DNA from: Bacteroidota bacterium
GTDB taxonomy: Bacteria; Bacteroidota; Bacteroidia; Bacteroidales; UBA4417
DNA length: 64,000 nt
Assembly (NCBI GenBank): GCA_013376995.1
Contig: JACAAZ010000002.1
Location: 47,917 to 111,916 of the forward strand
Reading direction: 5' to 3'
This document shows positions 1 to 9,700 of the stretch, piece by piece. A program made the translations under genes and the position numbers. Position 1 is the first letter of the stretch. Every line of letters begins with the position of its first letter. Below the pieces are notes generated by a model, which was given only the letters and a program-made list of their open reading frames with translations, was not told the DNA's origin and ran no database searches.

Positions 1-1
1 T

Positions 2-673
2 TATAAGAGCGAGATAGCCAGCAATATTCTTCGCCTCAGGGTTGAAGGAAATTCAAAGTATGATGAAACCTTCATTCGCTTTACTGATGAAGCTACCATG
101 GATTTCGACAGTCAACTGGATGCTTATAAATTGTACGGCGGAGCCGGCGTACCTCAATTATTCTCATCGGCCGGAACTACAAAGCTTTCAATCAATTCCT
201 TGCCAAACAGCAGCCTGGAAGGATTCGTCCCGATTTCAGTTGTGGCTGGGGTGAGTTCAACCTATGTCATAACGTTAGCAGAAAACACACTTCCATCGAA
301 TTATTATGTAACCCTGGAAGATCTTAAAACCGGAGTTTCACAAAGGCTTAATACCCAACCCAGCTATTCTTTCGCAGCTGCTCCCGGAGATGACCCTAAC
401 CGTTTCCGCCTCTACTTTAAGGATGCAACATCAGTACCGAATCCAATATCTGTTGATTTCACGGTTTATTCAAATAATGGAAGCATATTCGTTACAAGTA
501 CCGAATCAGGAAACCCTGTTATCCGAATTTCAGATCTAACGGGCCGCGTTCTTGCTTCCGGAGATTTACTGAATGGGAAGTTCCAGGCAAATATGAATGG
601 AAATACAGGAGTATATCTTGTTAGCCAAATCAGTTCAAAGGGAATTGCATCCCATAAAGTAGTTGTGAAATAA
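2..673 (+). CDS. Secreted protein, 3' fragment ending in a T9SS (Por) C-terminal sorting domain; the 5' end lies outside the window
   Basis: The frame is open from base 2, with no stop before the first Met at 98. The last ~80 aa (ISVDFTVYSNNGSIFV...GVYLVSQISSKGIASHKVVVK) follow the same CTD pattern as the tail of the 1587-aa protein. Confidence 0.6.
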   Translation, partial: YKSEIASNILRLRVEGNSKYDETFIRFTDEATMDFDSQLDAYKLYGGAGVPQLFSSAGTTKLSINSLPNSSLEGFVPISVVAGVSSTYVITLAENTLPSNYYVTLEDLKTGVSQRLNTQPSYSFAAAPGDDPNRFRLYFKDATSVPNPISVDFTVYSNNGSIFVTSTESGNPVIRISDLTGRVLASGDLLNGKFQANMNGNTGVYLVSQISSKGIASHKVVVK

Positions 674-703
674 TAGAATGTCCATCCAATAATTCAAGAA
701 ATT

Positions 704-931
704 ATGAAGCGCACTATATATAGCTTACTAGTAACCGCAATACTTTTCATGTTTGTTTCGATTGCGATACCAACTCAGGCGCAGGAACCGCCACATCCGC
801 CAACAACAGGACATGGCGCCACCGGCAACCAAAACCCGTCCGGAGCTTCAGCCCCGATCGATGGTGGCCTAAGCATACTTGTTGCCCTGGGATTGGCTTA
901 CAGTTCAAGAAAATCGCTTAAGGTAAAGTAA
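704..931 (+). CDS. Pro/Gly-rich anchored microprotein (75 aa), copy 1: signal peptide, QEPPHPP, GHG..GNQ.P.G, APIDGG, one hydrophobic helix, RK..K.K tail
   Basis: The N-terminal signal peptide has a TQA|QE cleavage context. It shares an ordered motif string with the ORF at 14237-14509. It starts 30 nt after the upstream gene and is followed by a hairpin terminator. Confidence 0.6.
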   Translation: MKRTIYSLLVTAILFMFVSIAIPTQAQEPPHPPTTGHGATGNQNPSGASAPIDGGLSILVALGLAYSSRKSLKVK

Positions 932-962
932 TACTGCCAGCATTACAGATTTGAAATAAGTT

Positions 963-1015
963 AAGCATAGGCTCCTGCTTGTCCCTAAACATGCATGAGC
1001 CTATGCTTTATTTAA
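963..1015 (+). terminator. Hairpin terminator after the microprotein gene
   Basis: A perfect 12-bp inverted repeat, AAGCATAGGCTC (963-974) / GAGCCTATGCTT (997-1008), is followed by TATTTAAT. Confidence 0.5.
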
Positions 1016-1232
1016 TCGGTTAGGTCTGATTCAGAAATCTTGCCCGCAAAACGCGCAAGTCAGTTCTTGTCTATTATTTTCAGGCAATGGGGAAACACCT
1101 TCACCTATTTGCCTTCAGATACAACAAAAGAAACTGGCAAAAGATGATTCTGTGCTCTGAAATTATGGTATGGGCTTAGTAATCCGTTATTTACAGAGTC
1201 AAAATCATGATTCACAGTATCCCTGGAATATA

Positions 1233-2471
1233 TTAGAAGAACTTTAGGCCCAGGCTAAGGAAGACCCTGTAAAAGAACAGGATTGCAATGACCAATATTA
1301 CTATACTCCATCTGAAGTAGCCTTTTCGTGCAACACCAGTAATATGAATAGTTTCATTCCTGCTGGAGTTAAAAGTAAACAAGGATGGTAAAAGAATGAA
1401 TATTGGGGTAATCAATTTTAATGTCAGTGGCAGGTAATGCACGGGGGTCATTATCAGGTAGAAAATCACAACGCCTGTAGCCCAGGGAAAATAAATCTGG
1501 TTTAGGATAAAGAAAAACCTGTATTTGGGCTCAATAATTTTCTCGGAGCCGGAAGTTATCAGGAAAAGAGGCGTCACCAACCTTCCAACTATAAGCGAAA
1601 TAGCAATCGAGATTACAGCAAAAATGATCTCCTCAACATCGAACATGGAGCTCATAAATAACCATTCAGTAGTGTAGATGAACTCAGTTCTTGTAATAAA
1701 GCCAACCAGGTAAGAACCGAAAAAGAAATTCAAGCCGGCAATAAAACCCCAGAGATAAAATAACCTTAAATTCTGAAAATTAGGCCGGGTTCTAAAAAAC
1801 ATTCGCAGAAATATGAAACCTGTTGCAAGGCTTACTACTGGCCCTGAAGCAAAAATGAAAATCAGTGCGATTCTCGTATATAGTGGAGATCCCGAAAATA
1901 GCGGGAATTTAATCCGATAATAGTACCAGATAGTTGGGATATTGAACAGGTAGGATGTCAGAATTGTAGCAGCCTGGTAGATGACATATAAAAAGAGAAA
2001 TGATATGAGGAAAATAGCTGTTGACTGGAAAAAGGTTATTGCCAGGCGGCCCCTCAATTGCTTGGTTTTGACAGCCTCAACAAATCCATTCTGAAACAGG
2101 TTTACTTTGTTCTGATAGGCTATTTTCTTATCCGCTTTTCTTAATTGCTCCGTTAGCAGTTTTGATTCATCCCTGCTTTTCCCAAAAAGTGTTTTAACAG
2201 GATTCTTTTTGAACTCCAGTATCCATTTTTTCTGACTTTCCCTGCGCATCTGCCGTATTTCTTTACGAACACTTGACCGATACTCCTGGTCCGGTGTTGT
2301 TTCTTTTGCAGTGAAAGGATGAGCAGCTCTTTTTTTAAGTAGTTCTATTTTTTCCTTGCGTTGTTCAGACCGGTATTCTTCAAGCATTTCTTTTTGCATT
2401 GCGCGATACCGCTTTTTGTCAGCACGAAGTTTTCGCCTATATTCTCTTTGATATTTATACCTTTTAAACAT
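1233..2471 (-). CDS. Polytopic (~7 TM) membrane protein with a ~150-aa Lys/Arg-rich N-terminal domain; paralog A of the 12407-13891 product
   Basis: The core aligns without gaps to the second copy (YYY..FP...SP....SGP....RLF..W....FFG....G.ITR..F.Y..EWL.M, PW..G). I prefer the ATG at 2471 (MFKRYKYQ) because a TAnnTTTG box covers the TTG at 2507 used by the ORF track. Confidence 0.7.
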   Translation of the reverse strand: MFKRYKYQREYRRKLRADKKRYRAMQKEMLEEYRSEQRKEKIELLKKRAAHPFTAKETTPDQEYRSSVRKEIRQMRRESQKKWILEFKKNPVKTLFGKSRDESKLLTEQLRKADKKIAYQNKVNLFQNGFVEAVKTKQLRGRLAITFFQSTAIFLISFLFLYVIYQAATILTSYLFNIPTIWYYYRIKFPLFSGSPLYTRIALIFIFASGPVVSLATGFIFLRMFFRTRPNFQNLRLFYLWGFIAGLNFFFGSYLVGFITRTEFIYTTEWLFMSSMFDVEEIIFAVISIAISLIVGRLVTPLFLITSGSEKIIEPKYRFFFILNQIYFPWATGVVIFYLIMTPVHYLPLTLKLITPIFILLPSLFTFNSSRNETIHITGVARKGYFRWSIVILVIAILFFYRVFLSLGLKFF

Positions 2472-2504
2472 TTTCAGTTCTGAAACTATAGGTTTACACA
2501 ACTT

Positions 2505-2512
2505 CAAACATA
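2505..2512 (-). promoter_or_regulatory. Bacteroidetes-type -7 promoter box for paralog A
   Basis: The minus strand reads TATGTTTG, matching TAnnTTTG, 33 nt upstream of the ATG at 2471. Confidence 0.45.
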
Positions 2513-2666
2513 CATAATTTAAGTTAATAATGAAAAAACCACTTAAGCAACGCCAAATGACAATATTATTTCCTATTTTTACTCTACCCGAACGTATTGC
2601 CTGGATTCCTCAAACCCTCTTCCCCTAACTTATTGGCTTATATGTGTTTATTTATCTCCATTATTA

Positions 2667-3377
2667 ATGGAAAAATCCAATCGATTTATTTCCCGGCTTT
2701 TTACTTTCCTATCCTTATCAGGGATTAAGGCAAATCGTCAAATTAAGCGTGCAAGAATTCTCTCTTCTTCGAATCATCATACGGAGGCTATCCGGGATTA
2801 TTCAAAAGCGCTTGAGATAAGTCCAAAAAATGCTACAGCATATTATCTTAGGGGAAATGCGCGATTTGCAATCAACGACTTTGAAGGAGCAATAAGTGAT
2901 CTTTCAAAAGCTATAAAGCTCAAGTCTAATTATATCGAAGCCTACTATTTAAGAGGGTCGGTATATTTCCAGAATAAAGAATATCACCTTTCCATCCTTG
3001 ATCTTGAAAAAGTTTTGGATCTAGATCCCAATTATTCTGAAGCTTTATGCAGCCTGGGCAATACAAGGGTTCAGATGAACGACCTTGAGGGTGCAATTAA
3101 TGATTACAGCAAGGCAATAAGGATTGAGCCTTATGATTCTACGCTATATTATAACAGGGCTAATGTTAGGCTACAAATGAACGAACCCAATGCCGCCCTG
3201 CAGGATTATAATATTGCTATCCAGTTGCAACCAGAATTTGCCTCTGCTTACCTCGGTCGGGGAAATGCCAAACTTCAACTTGGTAGCGAGACAGGAGCTG
3301 CCATCGATTGGAACAAAGGTGAGAAACTAAAGAAAGAACAAGAAGGGACAGCTTTGGTGGAACCTATTCCTATCTGA
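2667..3377 (+). CDS. Tetratricopeptide (TPR) repeat protein
   Basis: It has about 6 tandem 34-aa units, each with an A.Y.RG.....A..D..KA pattern (AYYLRGNARF, AYYLRGSVYF, LYYNRANVRL, AYLGRGNAKL). Confidence 0.8.
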   Translation: MEKSNRFISRLFTFLSLSGIKANRQIKRARILSSSNHHTEAIRDYSKALEISPKNATAYYLRGNARFAINDFEGAISDLSKAIKLKSNYIEAYYLRGSVYFQNKEYHLSILDLEKVLDLDPNYSEALCSLGNTRVQMNDLEGAINDYSKAIRIEPYDSTLYYNRANVRLQMNEPNAALQDYNIAIQLQPEFASAYLGRGNAKLQLGSETGAAIDWNKGEKLKKEQEGTALVEPIPI

Positions 3378-3463
3378 TTCTTCTTTCTGTTAATTGCATC
3401 ACAAATTTATTCTCCTTTCAGATAATATTCTGTCGACCCACACCCTCTTTCCGAAACTCCGCC

Positions 3464-4414
3464 TTGAATCCAAACCTCTTTAGCCAAAGATTCTACAGAT
3501 GCATTCAAAAGGCCCTTCCCAAGGGCTTAAAAACAGCCTGGTGGCTTATCAAGATCACCGTACCTGTTTCATTTTTTGTACTACTGCTTGATTATTTTGG
3601 GGCTCTTAATATAATGGCAGGAATTACCGGCCCATTATTCAAAATACTTGGATTGCCAGGTGTTTCTGCAATTGTATTAATCACTGGCATTTTCACTAAT
3701 GTTTATTCTGTTGTTGCAGTTATCACTACACTGCATTTGCCTATGAGGGAAGGCCTGATTATCGGAACCATGTGCCTTGTATCCCATAATTTTATCATTG
3801 AAACAACTGTTCTGCGAAAAACCGGCTCATCTGCGATAAGAATGGTACTATTAAGGATAATAGGCAGCTTTGTAATTGGCTGGTTTCTGAACATTGTAAT
3901 CCCCGGCCATTTCACAAATGACGCCCTTCCATCAACTCCTGAAAGGGCTGCGTTTTCCCCTGTACTGTGGGATTGGGTAAGATCCATATCTTATACAACG
4001 GCCAAGATCCTTATCCTTGTCGTTTTATTACTCATCCTTCAACAAATTCTCGAAGAATTTGGGATCATCAAATGGTTGGTTCAGCCCTTTTCTCCAATTT
4101 TAAAACTGATGGGATTGAGCAGTAGCACAACATTTTCCTGGATTGTGGCAAATACAATCGGACTTGCCTATGGTTCAGCAATTATGATTGATCAGGTAGA
4201 GAAAGGGCAAATGAATACAAGGGAAGCCGATCTTCTAAACCATCATGTTGCGTTGTCGCATTCACAACTTGAAGATCCTTTATTATTCCTTGCTATCGGG
4301 TATATAATTCATTGGATGATCTGGCCAAGAGTTATCATTGCAATAATTGCCGTATGGCTCAGGAAATTTGAATTGGCTTTGATTGACAGGAGATCTGCAA
4401 GGAGGAAATCCTGA
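3464..4414 (+). CDS. Nucleoside-recognition (Gate) domain-like integral membrane protein
   Basis: It has 8 or more hydrophobic segments. The N-terminal WWLIKITVP...GLPG..A......G motif resembles Gate-domain proteins as I recall them. It uses a TTG start. Confidence 0.45.
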   Translation: MNPNLFSQRFYRCIQKALPKGLKTAWWLIKITVPVSFFVLLLDYFGALNIMAGITGPLFKILGLPGVSAIVLITGIFTNVYSVVAVITTLHLPMREGLIIGTMCLVSHNFIIETTVLRKTGSSAIRMVLLRIIGSFVIGWFLNIVIPGHFTNDALPSTPERAAFSPVLWDWVRSISYTTAKILILVVLLLILQQILEEFGIIKWLVQPFSPILKLMGLSSSTTFSWIVANTIGLAYGSAIMIDQVEKGQMNTREADLLNHHVALSHSQLEDPLLFLAIGYIIHWMIWPRVIIAIIAVWLRKFELALIDRRSARRKS

Positions 4415-4419
4415 TTCCG

Positions 4420-5265
4420 TCAAACTTTTACCATACCATACAGGGATTTGATCTCTTCCAGCCAGATTGTTTCATCCGGCGTCTCAAGGATCATTGGGAT
4501 ATCGTCAAAACGTGGATCGTTCATGATCCTTACAAATACTTCGTTTCCAAGAAATCCCTTTCCAATGCTGTCATGACGGTCTACCCTGCTTCCCAGCGCC
4601 TTCATGGAATCATTAATATGCATTCCTCTCAAATAGTTAAACCCTACTATCTTTTCAAACTGGGCAAATGTCTGATTATATCCGTCAACACTAAGAATGT
4701 CATAACCCGCAGTGAAAGTGTGACATGTATCGAGGCACACGCCAACCCTGGATTGATCTTTTACATGGTCAATGATAAATTTCAGATGTTCGAATTTAAA
4801 ACCAAGGTTCGAACCCTGACCGGCAGTGTTTTCAATAACGGCAGTTACTCCTTTGGTCTGATCCAGGGCTAAATTGATAGATTCAGCTATAAGAAGAAGG
4901 CTCTCTTCTTCGGAAATTTTATTCAGGTGACTCCCTGGATGAAAATTCAGACGATCAAGCCCCAGCTGTTCACAACGCTGCATTTCATCAAGGAAGGCGG
5001 CCCTGGATTTTGACAGCCCTTCTTCTTCGGGGTGCCCCAGGTTAATCAGGTAACTATCGTGCGGAAGAATATGCTTTGGCTGGAACCCGTAGGTTTCGCA
5101 ATTTCGTTTAAACTTGTCAATGCTTTCCCTGGTTAAAGGTGCCGATACCCATTGCCGTTGATTTTTCGTAAACAGGGCAAATGATTTAGCACCTATTTCA
5201 AATGCATTTACAGGTGCATTTTCTACCCCACCCGAGGCACTAACATGGGCTCCAATATATTTCAT
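4420..5265 (-). CDS. nfo: Endonuclease IV (AP endonuclease)
   Basis: [38 protein letters not shown] and CLDTCH motifs are present, at the typical length of 281 aa. Confidence 0.9.
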   Translation of the reverse strand: MKYIGAHVSASGGVENAPVNAFEIGAKSFALFTKNQRQWVSAPLTRESIDKFKRNCETYGFQPKHILPHDSYLINLGHPEEEGLSKSRAAFLDEMQRCEQLGLDRLNFHPGSHLNKISEEESLLLIAESINLALDQTKGVTAVIENTAGQGSNLGFKFEHLKFIIDHVKDQSRVGVCLDTCHTFTAGYDILSVDGYNQTFAQFEKIVGFNYLRGMHINDSMKALGSRVDRHDSIGKGFLGNEVFVRIMNDPRFDDIPMILETPDETIWLEEIKSLYGMVKV

Positions 5266-5425
5266 GATCGCTGGATAATTAAATTATGTGTAAAGAACGG
5301 TTTTCAGGAAAATCCCGGTAAAATATTCTCTTATTAATCTTAACAATCAGAGCCCCTGTTATTGTTCATTGACAGATAGAAATAATAAGGGCCTCCAGGC
5401 TTCATCAGATTCATTTAATCTGGCT

Positions 5426-6565
5426 TCAAGCCATGAATTTAATTATCTGATGGTAATCCTCCTTTGACAATTTATACGCGCTCCCCTGGGCCTTTGTGTT
5501 CATCCAGTAGTTTTCAATTGCCTCGTGCTGGTCTTCCCCTAGTCCAATTTCTGAAAGACTTGTAGGTGAACCAATCTGTTTGAAAAAGTCTTCAAATGCC
5601 TTTATGCTAGAATCAACATCAGAAGTTCCGAATACACTTAGCCCCAATTTTAAAATTCTTTCCGCTGCCCGGTTTTTCATCACTTTCATCCAGGCAGGAA
5701 ACAGAATGGACAACGAAGCCCCATGAGCAACGCCATAGTGCAATGAGAGCATATGGCCCATAGCATGAACGCCCCAGTCGCCTCCGCCTTTTCCATTGGA
5801 TGTAAGCAGGTTCAATGCCATTGTTGCATCGTACATTATTGCAGCCCTTTCCTCAACTCCTTGAAGGTTTATCATCAATCGGGGCCCCCATTCCACGGCA
5901 TCGCTAATGATTGAAAAAATAAACCGATCCGTGAGGGAAAACTCTCCCGGTCCAAAATAATTTTCAAGGCAGTGAGCAATGAGATCAGCAATGCCAAAAG
6001 CCGTATAGTTGCCCGGAACACTTACCGTCAATTCCGGATCCAGGAAGGAATGCCTGGGGAAAATCAGGTCCGAACGATAACCATCTTTTCTGCCTGTTTT
6101 TTCATTTTGCAACACTGCAAACGGGTTCATTTCTGTTCCGGTAGCTGCCAAAGTAAGTACTGCGATCATTGGAATTGCGCTCACTGGCTTTGCCCTGTAA
6201 GTATAAAAATTCCAGGCCGGATGGTTGGCAGGGATAGTAATGGAAATAATCTTGGCAGAATCTATTACACTTCCTCCGCCAACTGCAAGGATAACTTCAA
6301 TTTTCTCCTTCCGTCCTAACGAAGCTGCTTCATCAACATCTTCAACAACTGGGTTCGGCCTGATCCCACCATATTCAACCACCTCAATTCCCGCTGCATT
6401 TAAAAGGCCTGCAATTTTATCATACAACCCCGAATGCTTTATGGATCCTTTGCCATAGACGAGTAAAACCCTGTTTCCGTATTGCTTGATTGTACCTGGT
6501 AGCGCATCCAAAACACCCCTGCCGAAATGCAGGACGGTTGGATTAAAGTAAGTGAATTTTTCCAT
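5426..6565 (-). CDS. Iron-containing (group III) alcohol dehydrogenase
   Basis: It has the GGGSVIDSAK glycine motif and His-rich metal-site residues (HAMGHMLSLHYGVAHG). Length is 379 aa. Confidence 0.85.
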   Translation of the reverse strand: MEKFTYFNPTVLHFGRGVLDALPGTIKQYGNRVLLVYGKGSIKHSGLYDKIAGLLNAAGIEVVEYGGIRPNPVVEDVDEAASLGRKEKIEVILAVGGGSVIDSAKIISITIPANHPAWNFYTYRAKPVSAIPMIAVLTLAATGTEMNPFAVLQNEKTGRKDGYRSDLIFPRHSFLDPELTVSVPGNYTAFGIADLIAHCLENYFGPGEFSLTDRFIFSIISDAVEWGPRLMINLQGVEERAAIMYDATMALNLLTSNGKGGGDWGVHAMGHMLSLHYGVAHGASLSILFPAWMKVMKNRAAERILKLGLSVFGTSDVDSSIKAFEDFFKQIGSPTSLSEIGLGEDQHEAIENYWMNTKAQGSAYKLSKEDYHQIIKFMA

Positions 6566-6704
6566 GATTGGTGTTTAAGAAACTTTCAAAGTTAAGCTGT
6601 TATCTTTATTCCTTCCAGCAATAAAAAGTAGCGGTTTTAATTTTTTATCCAAAGCCTGAATTTAAATTCTCCTTTTCACAATAGAATGAATCCATTTATA
6701 TTGA

Positions 6705-6747
6705 ACAAATAAAAAACAAGGCTGCTACCTTTATTGATAGCAGCCTT
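6705..6747 (-). terminator. Rho-independent terminator of the 1587-aa gene
   Basis: A perfect 10-bp stem, AAGGCTGCTA (6718-6727) / TAGCAGCCTT (6738-6747), has a 10-nt loop. On the minus strand it is followed by GTTTTTTATTTG. Confidence 0.8.
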
Positions 6748-6776
6748 GCATGTAGGATTTGACACCCGGATTTATC

Positions 6777-9700
6777 TTACTTTAATATCATTTTCCAAAC
6801 CATCGTCTTCCCGTTCAATTCAGCTTTTACATAATAGTTGCCTTTTGCAAACCGGGTCAGGTCAAATGTATAACTTGATTCGCCGGAGCACTCCCTGGTC
6901 ATTAGTATCTTTCCTGATATGTCAAGAATTGCAACATTCAATTGCATCACTGCTTGTGAAGGACTGCTAATGACAAATATTCCGTTTGTCGGATTTGGAA
7001 ATACCTGGATTCCGCTTTGAGGTTGTTCACCTATTGATACAAAAGATGGAAGCTGAATTACCTTCACGGTTTGAGGGCTGACACCTGCAGCAGAAACTGT
7101 AATGTTGGCTGTCCGGATAACAGGCGTGGTATTTTCATTATAATAAGCATTAATAACACCATTGCCCGTCCCAAAAGGAGTAGTATTACACCAGGAAACA
7201 TCAGATCCTGCATTCCAGCTTGCATTGGAAGTAACATTAAATGTAGTTGTTCCGGCAGGCATTGTGACATTCTGAATTTGTGGCGTTACCAGCAAAGTTG
7301 CAGGAGCCGCAGCCTGTGTAAGTGTTGCAGTGGCGGGTGCCATTCCTGCAACGGTTACTGTAATGGTAGCGATCCTGTCAGCAGCATCTGGATTGGCCTG
7401 GTAATTAGCAGTTATAGTCCCATTCCCGTTTCCGGATCCATTGATTGTGCACCAGGGCATGTCACAACTTGCCGTCCAGGCCGAATTCGAACTTACATTA
7501 TAAACAACGGTTCCTGAATGAAAGTCGACGTTTTGATTATGCGGATCAATGCTGAGTGTTGGGGCTCCTCCAGCCTGGCTTACTGTAACATTAACAGGTG
7601 TAATACCATTTGCACTCACAGAAATATTGGCAACCCTGGGAGTAAGAAGTGGATTGATCTCATAATTCACAGTAATTTGTCCATTCCCTACTCCGGAAGG
7701 AGTGAAAGTACACCAGGCAGCGCTGCTGCTAACAGTCCAAGGAGCATTTGATGTTACAGTGAATTGTGTTACACCCGATACCCCTGGTACATTCTGATTA
7801 GGAGGTGTTACTGAAAGTGTTGGAACAGCTCCAGCTTGTGAAAGCAGAACAATTACCGGTTGCAATCCGGCTACCATCACTTTGATTGAATCAGACCGGG
7901 GTGAAACAGATTGATTGGCTGAATAATTGGCAACAATAGTTCCATTGCCAAATCCGCTTGGAGTTACTGTAAACCATGTTGCTGTTGTTGAAACTATCCA
8001 TGTAGAATTGGATGTCACCGTGTATGATATAGTTCCTGCAGGTGGTTCAACATTCTGGTAAGGAGGAGTCACTGTAAGGGTTGGCATAGATCCAGCCTGC
8101 GAAACAGTAACAATGACAGGAGCCAAACCACTAGCGGAAACAGTAATATTAGCCACCCTTGATGCCGGTGAGACATTCTGGGTATAATTGGCCGTGATTG
8201 TTCCATTGCCAGTCCCTGATGGGTTGACTGTGCACCACAAGGCATCACTTACAACCGTCCACGACATATTTGAAGTTACCGCGAAACTTGTTGATCCTGC
8301 AACTGTAGTAACTGTCTGGTTTGGTGGAGTAACTGTCAAGGTAGGAGTTGATGCAGTTTGAGTAACAGTAACTACTACAGGGGATAATCCGGTAACTGTT
8401 ACTGTGATATTTGCAATACGAGTAGATGTTGTGCCGTTCAGGGTATATGTAGCAGTGATTGTGCCATTCCCAGTTCCTGAAGGTGTTACTGAACACCAGG
8501 CAGCATCGCTAACAGCTGTCCATGCAGAAGCTGTAGTTACTGTAAATGGAACGTTGCCAGCAGGAGATGCTACAGTTTGATTAGGAGGCGTAACGGTTAA
8601 GGTCGGGGCATTCCCGGCTTGAGTAACAGTTACAACAACTGGTGTAAGACCGGCAACAGTAACTGTAATATTGGCTGTCCTTGGACCGGGTGCCGTGTTT
8701 TGTGTATAGGTGGCCATTAATGTTCCATTACCTGTTCCTGAAGCAGGAACCGTGCACCATAAAGCGTCGCTGGTTACTGTCCATGGAGAGTTGCTTGTCA
8801 CATTAAAAGAAGTATTCCCGGCTGAAGTACCAACATTCTGGTTTGGAGGTGTTACGCTGAGAGTAGGGCCAGAAGCTGTACCTGTAATATGAACATCGTC
8901 AATCGCCCATGAATAGCCCCAGGTACCGGTGTAATTCCATTTCAGTTTCACATTGGCTTGTCCTGAAAGGGCAGCCACAACCTGGTTATAGGCAGCGGGG
9001 TTTGTTGCTGAGGTAGTGTTATAGGATTGCAGTTGGGTCCAGGTAGTTCCGTTATCTATGCTATAGGAAAATGTTCCTGAAGAACCGGAATAACTCTTGA
9101 AATAATGATTGAACTGAATTGTAATCGCAGTATAGCCAGTCATATCAATAGTCGGTGAAATCAGGTCGGCATTTTGTGAGTTACCACTCCCATAAGCATC
9201 GCTGTTGAGGAATGCATAATTCCCTGTTAAAGATGGATTTGGACTCTGGGAGGTTATTGTACCAAACTGCCAGACCTGGTTATTACCCTGGTGGTCAATT
9301 TGTGACCAGCAGTTGGGAATAATAGTTCCGGAGAAGCTTTCGGTAAATGGCAGCGAGTAAGTGCCGCAAAGAGTTGTGAATGTAAGATCATCACCATAAT
9401 AGGTACCGCTGCTGTTTGTAGCATAAGCCCTGACATGGTAAGTAGTATTTGATGATAGACCTATAATATTACTGATGAACGTTCCTGTTCCGGAACCATC
9501 AGTTGTATGATTTCCAGTGGCTACCGGGTTTGCAGTAGTACCCCAGCAAACACCCCTGGCAGTAACAGCAGAGCCCCCGTCAGTGATCACATTTCCACCT
9601 GAGATGGCACTTGTCAGCGTAATCCCGGAAACTGCAGTCGTAGTAACAGAAGCGGCACCCGGGGTAAATGATAGATCAAGTCCGTTGGAAGTTCCATCAC

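Noticed and set aside
1233-2507. Whether the 7-TM paralogs are exosortases, sortases or CPBP proteases cognate to the microprotein tails.
   Set aside because: The membrane core contains no Cys at all, which exosortases and sortases need. I saw no EExxxR / FxxxH CPBP motifs either. Only a generic 'possible intramembrane enzyme' hypothesis is retained.
7041-8867. The regular 261-nt periodicity was considered as a CRISPR array or satellite.
   Set aside because: The repeats are in frame within a protein, contiguous with no unique spacers, and diverged at synonymous positions. This is a protein-domain array.
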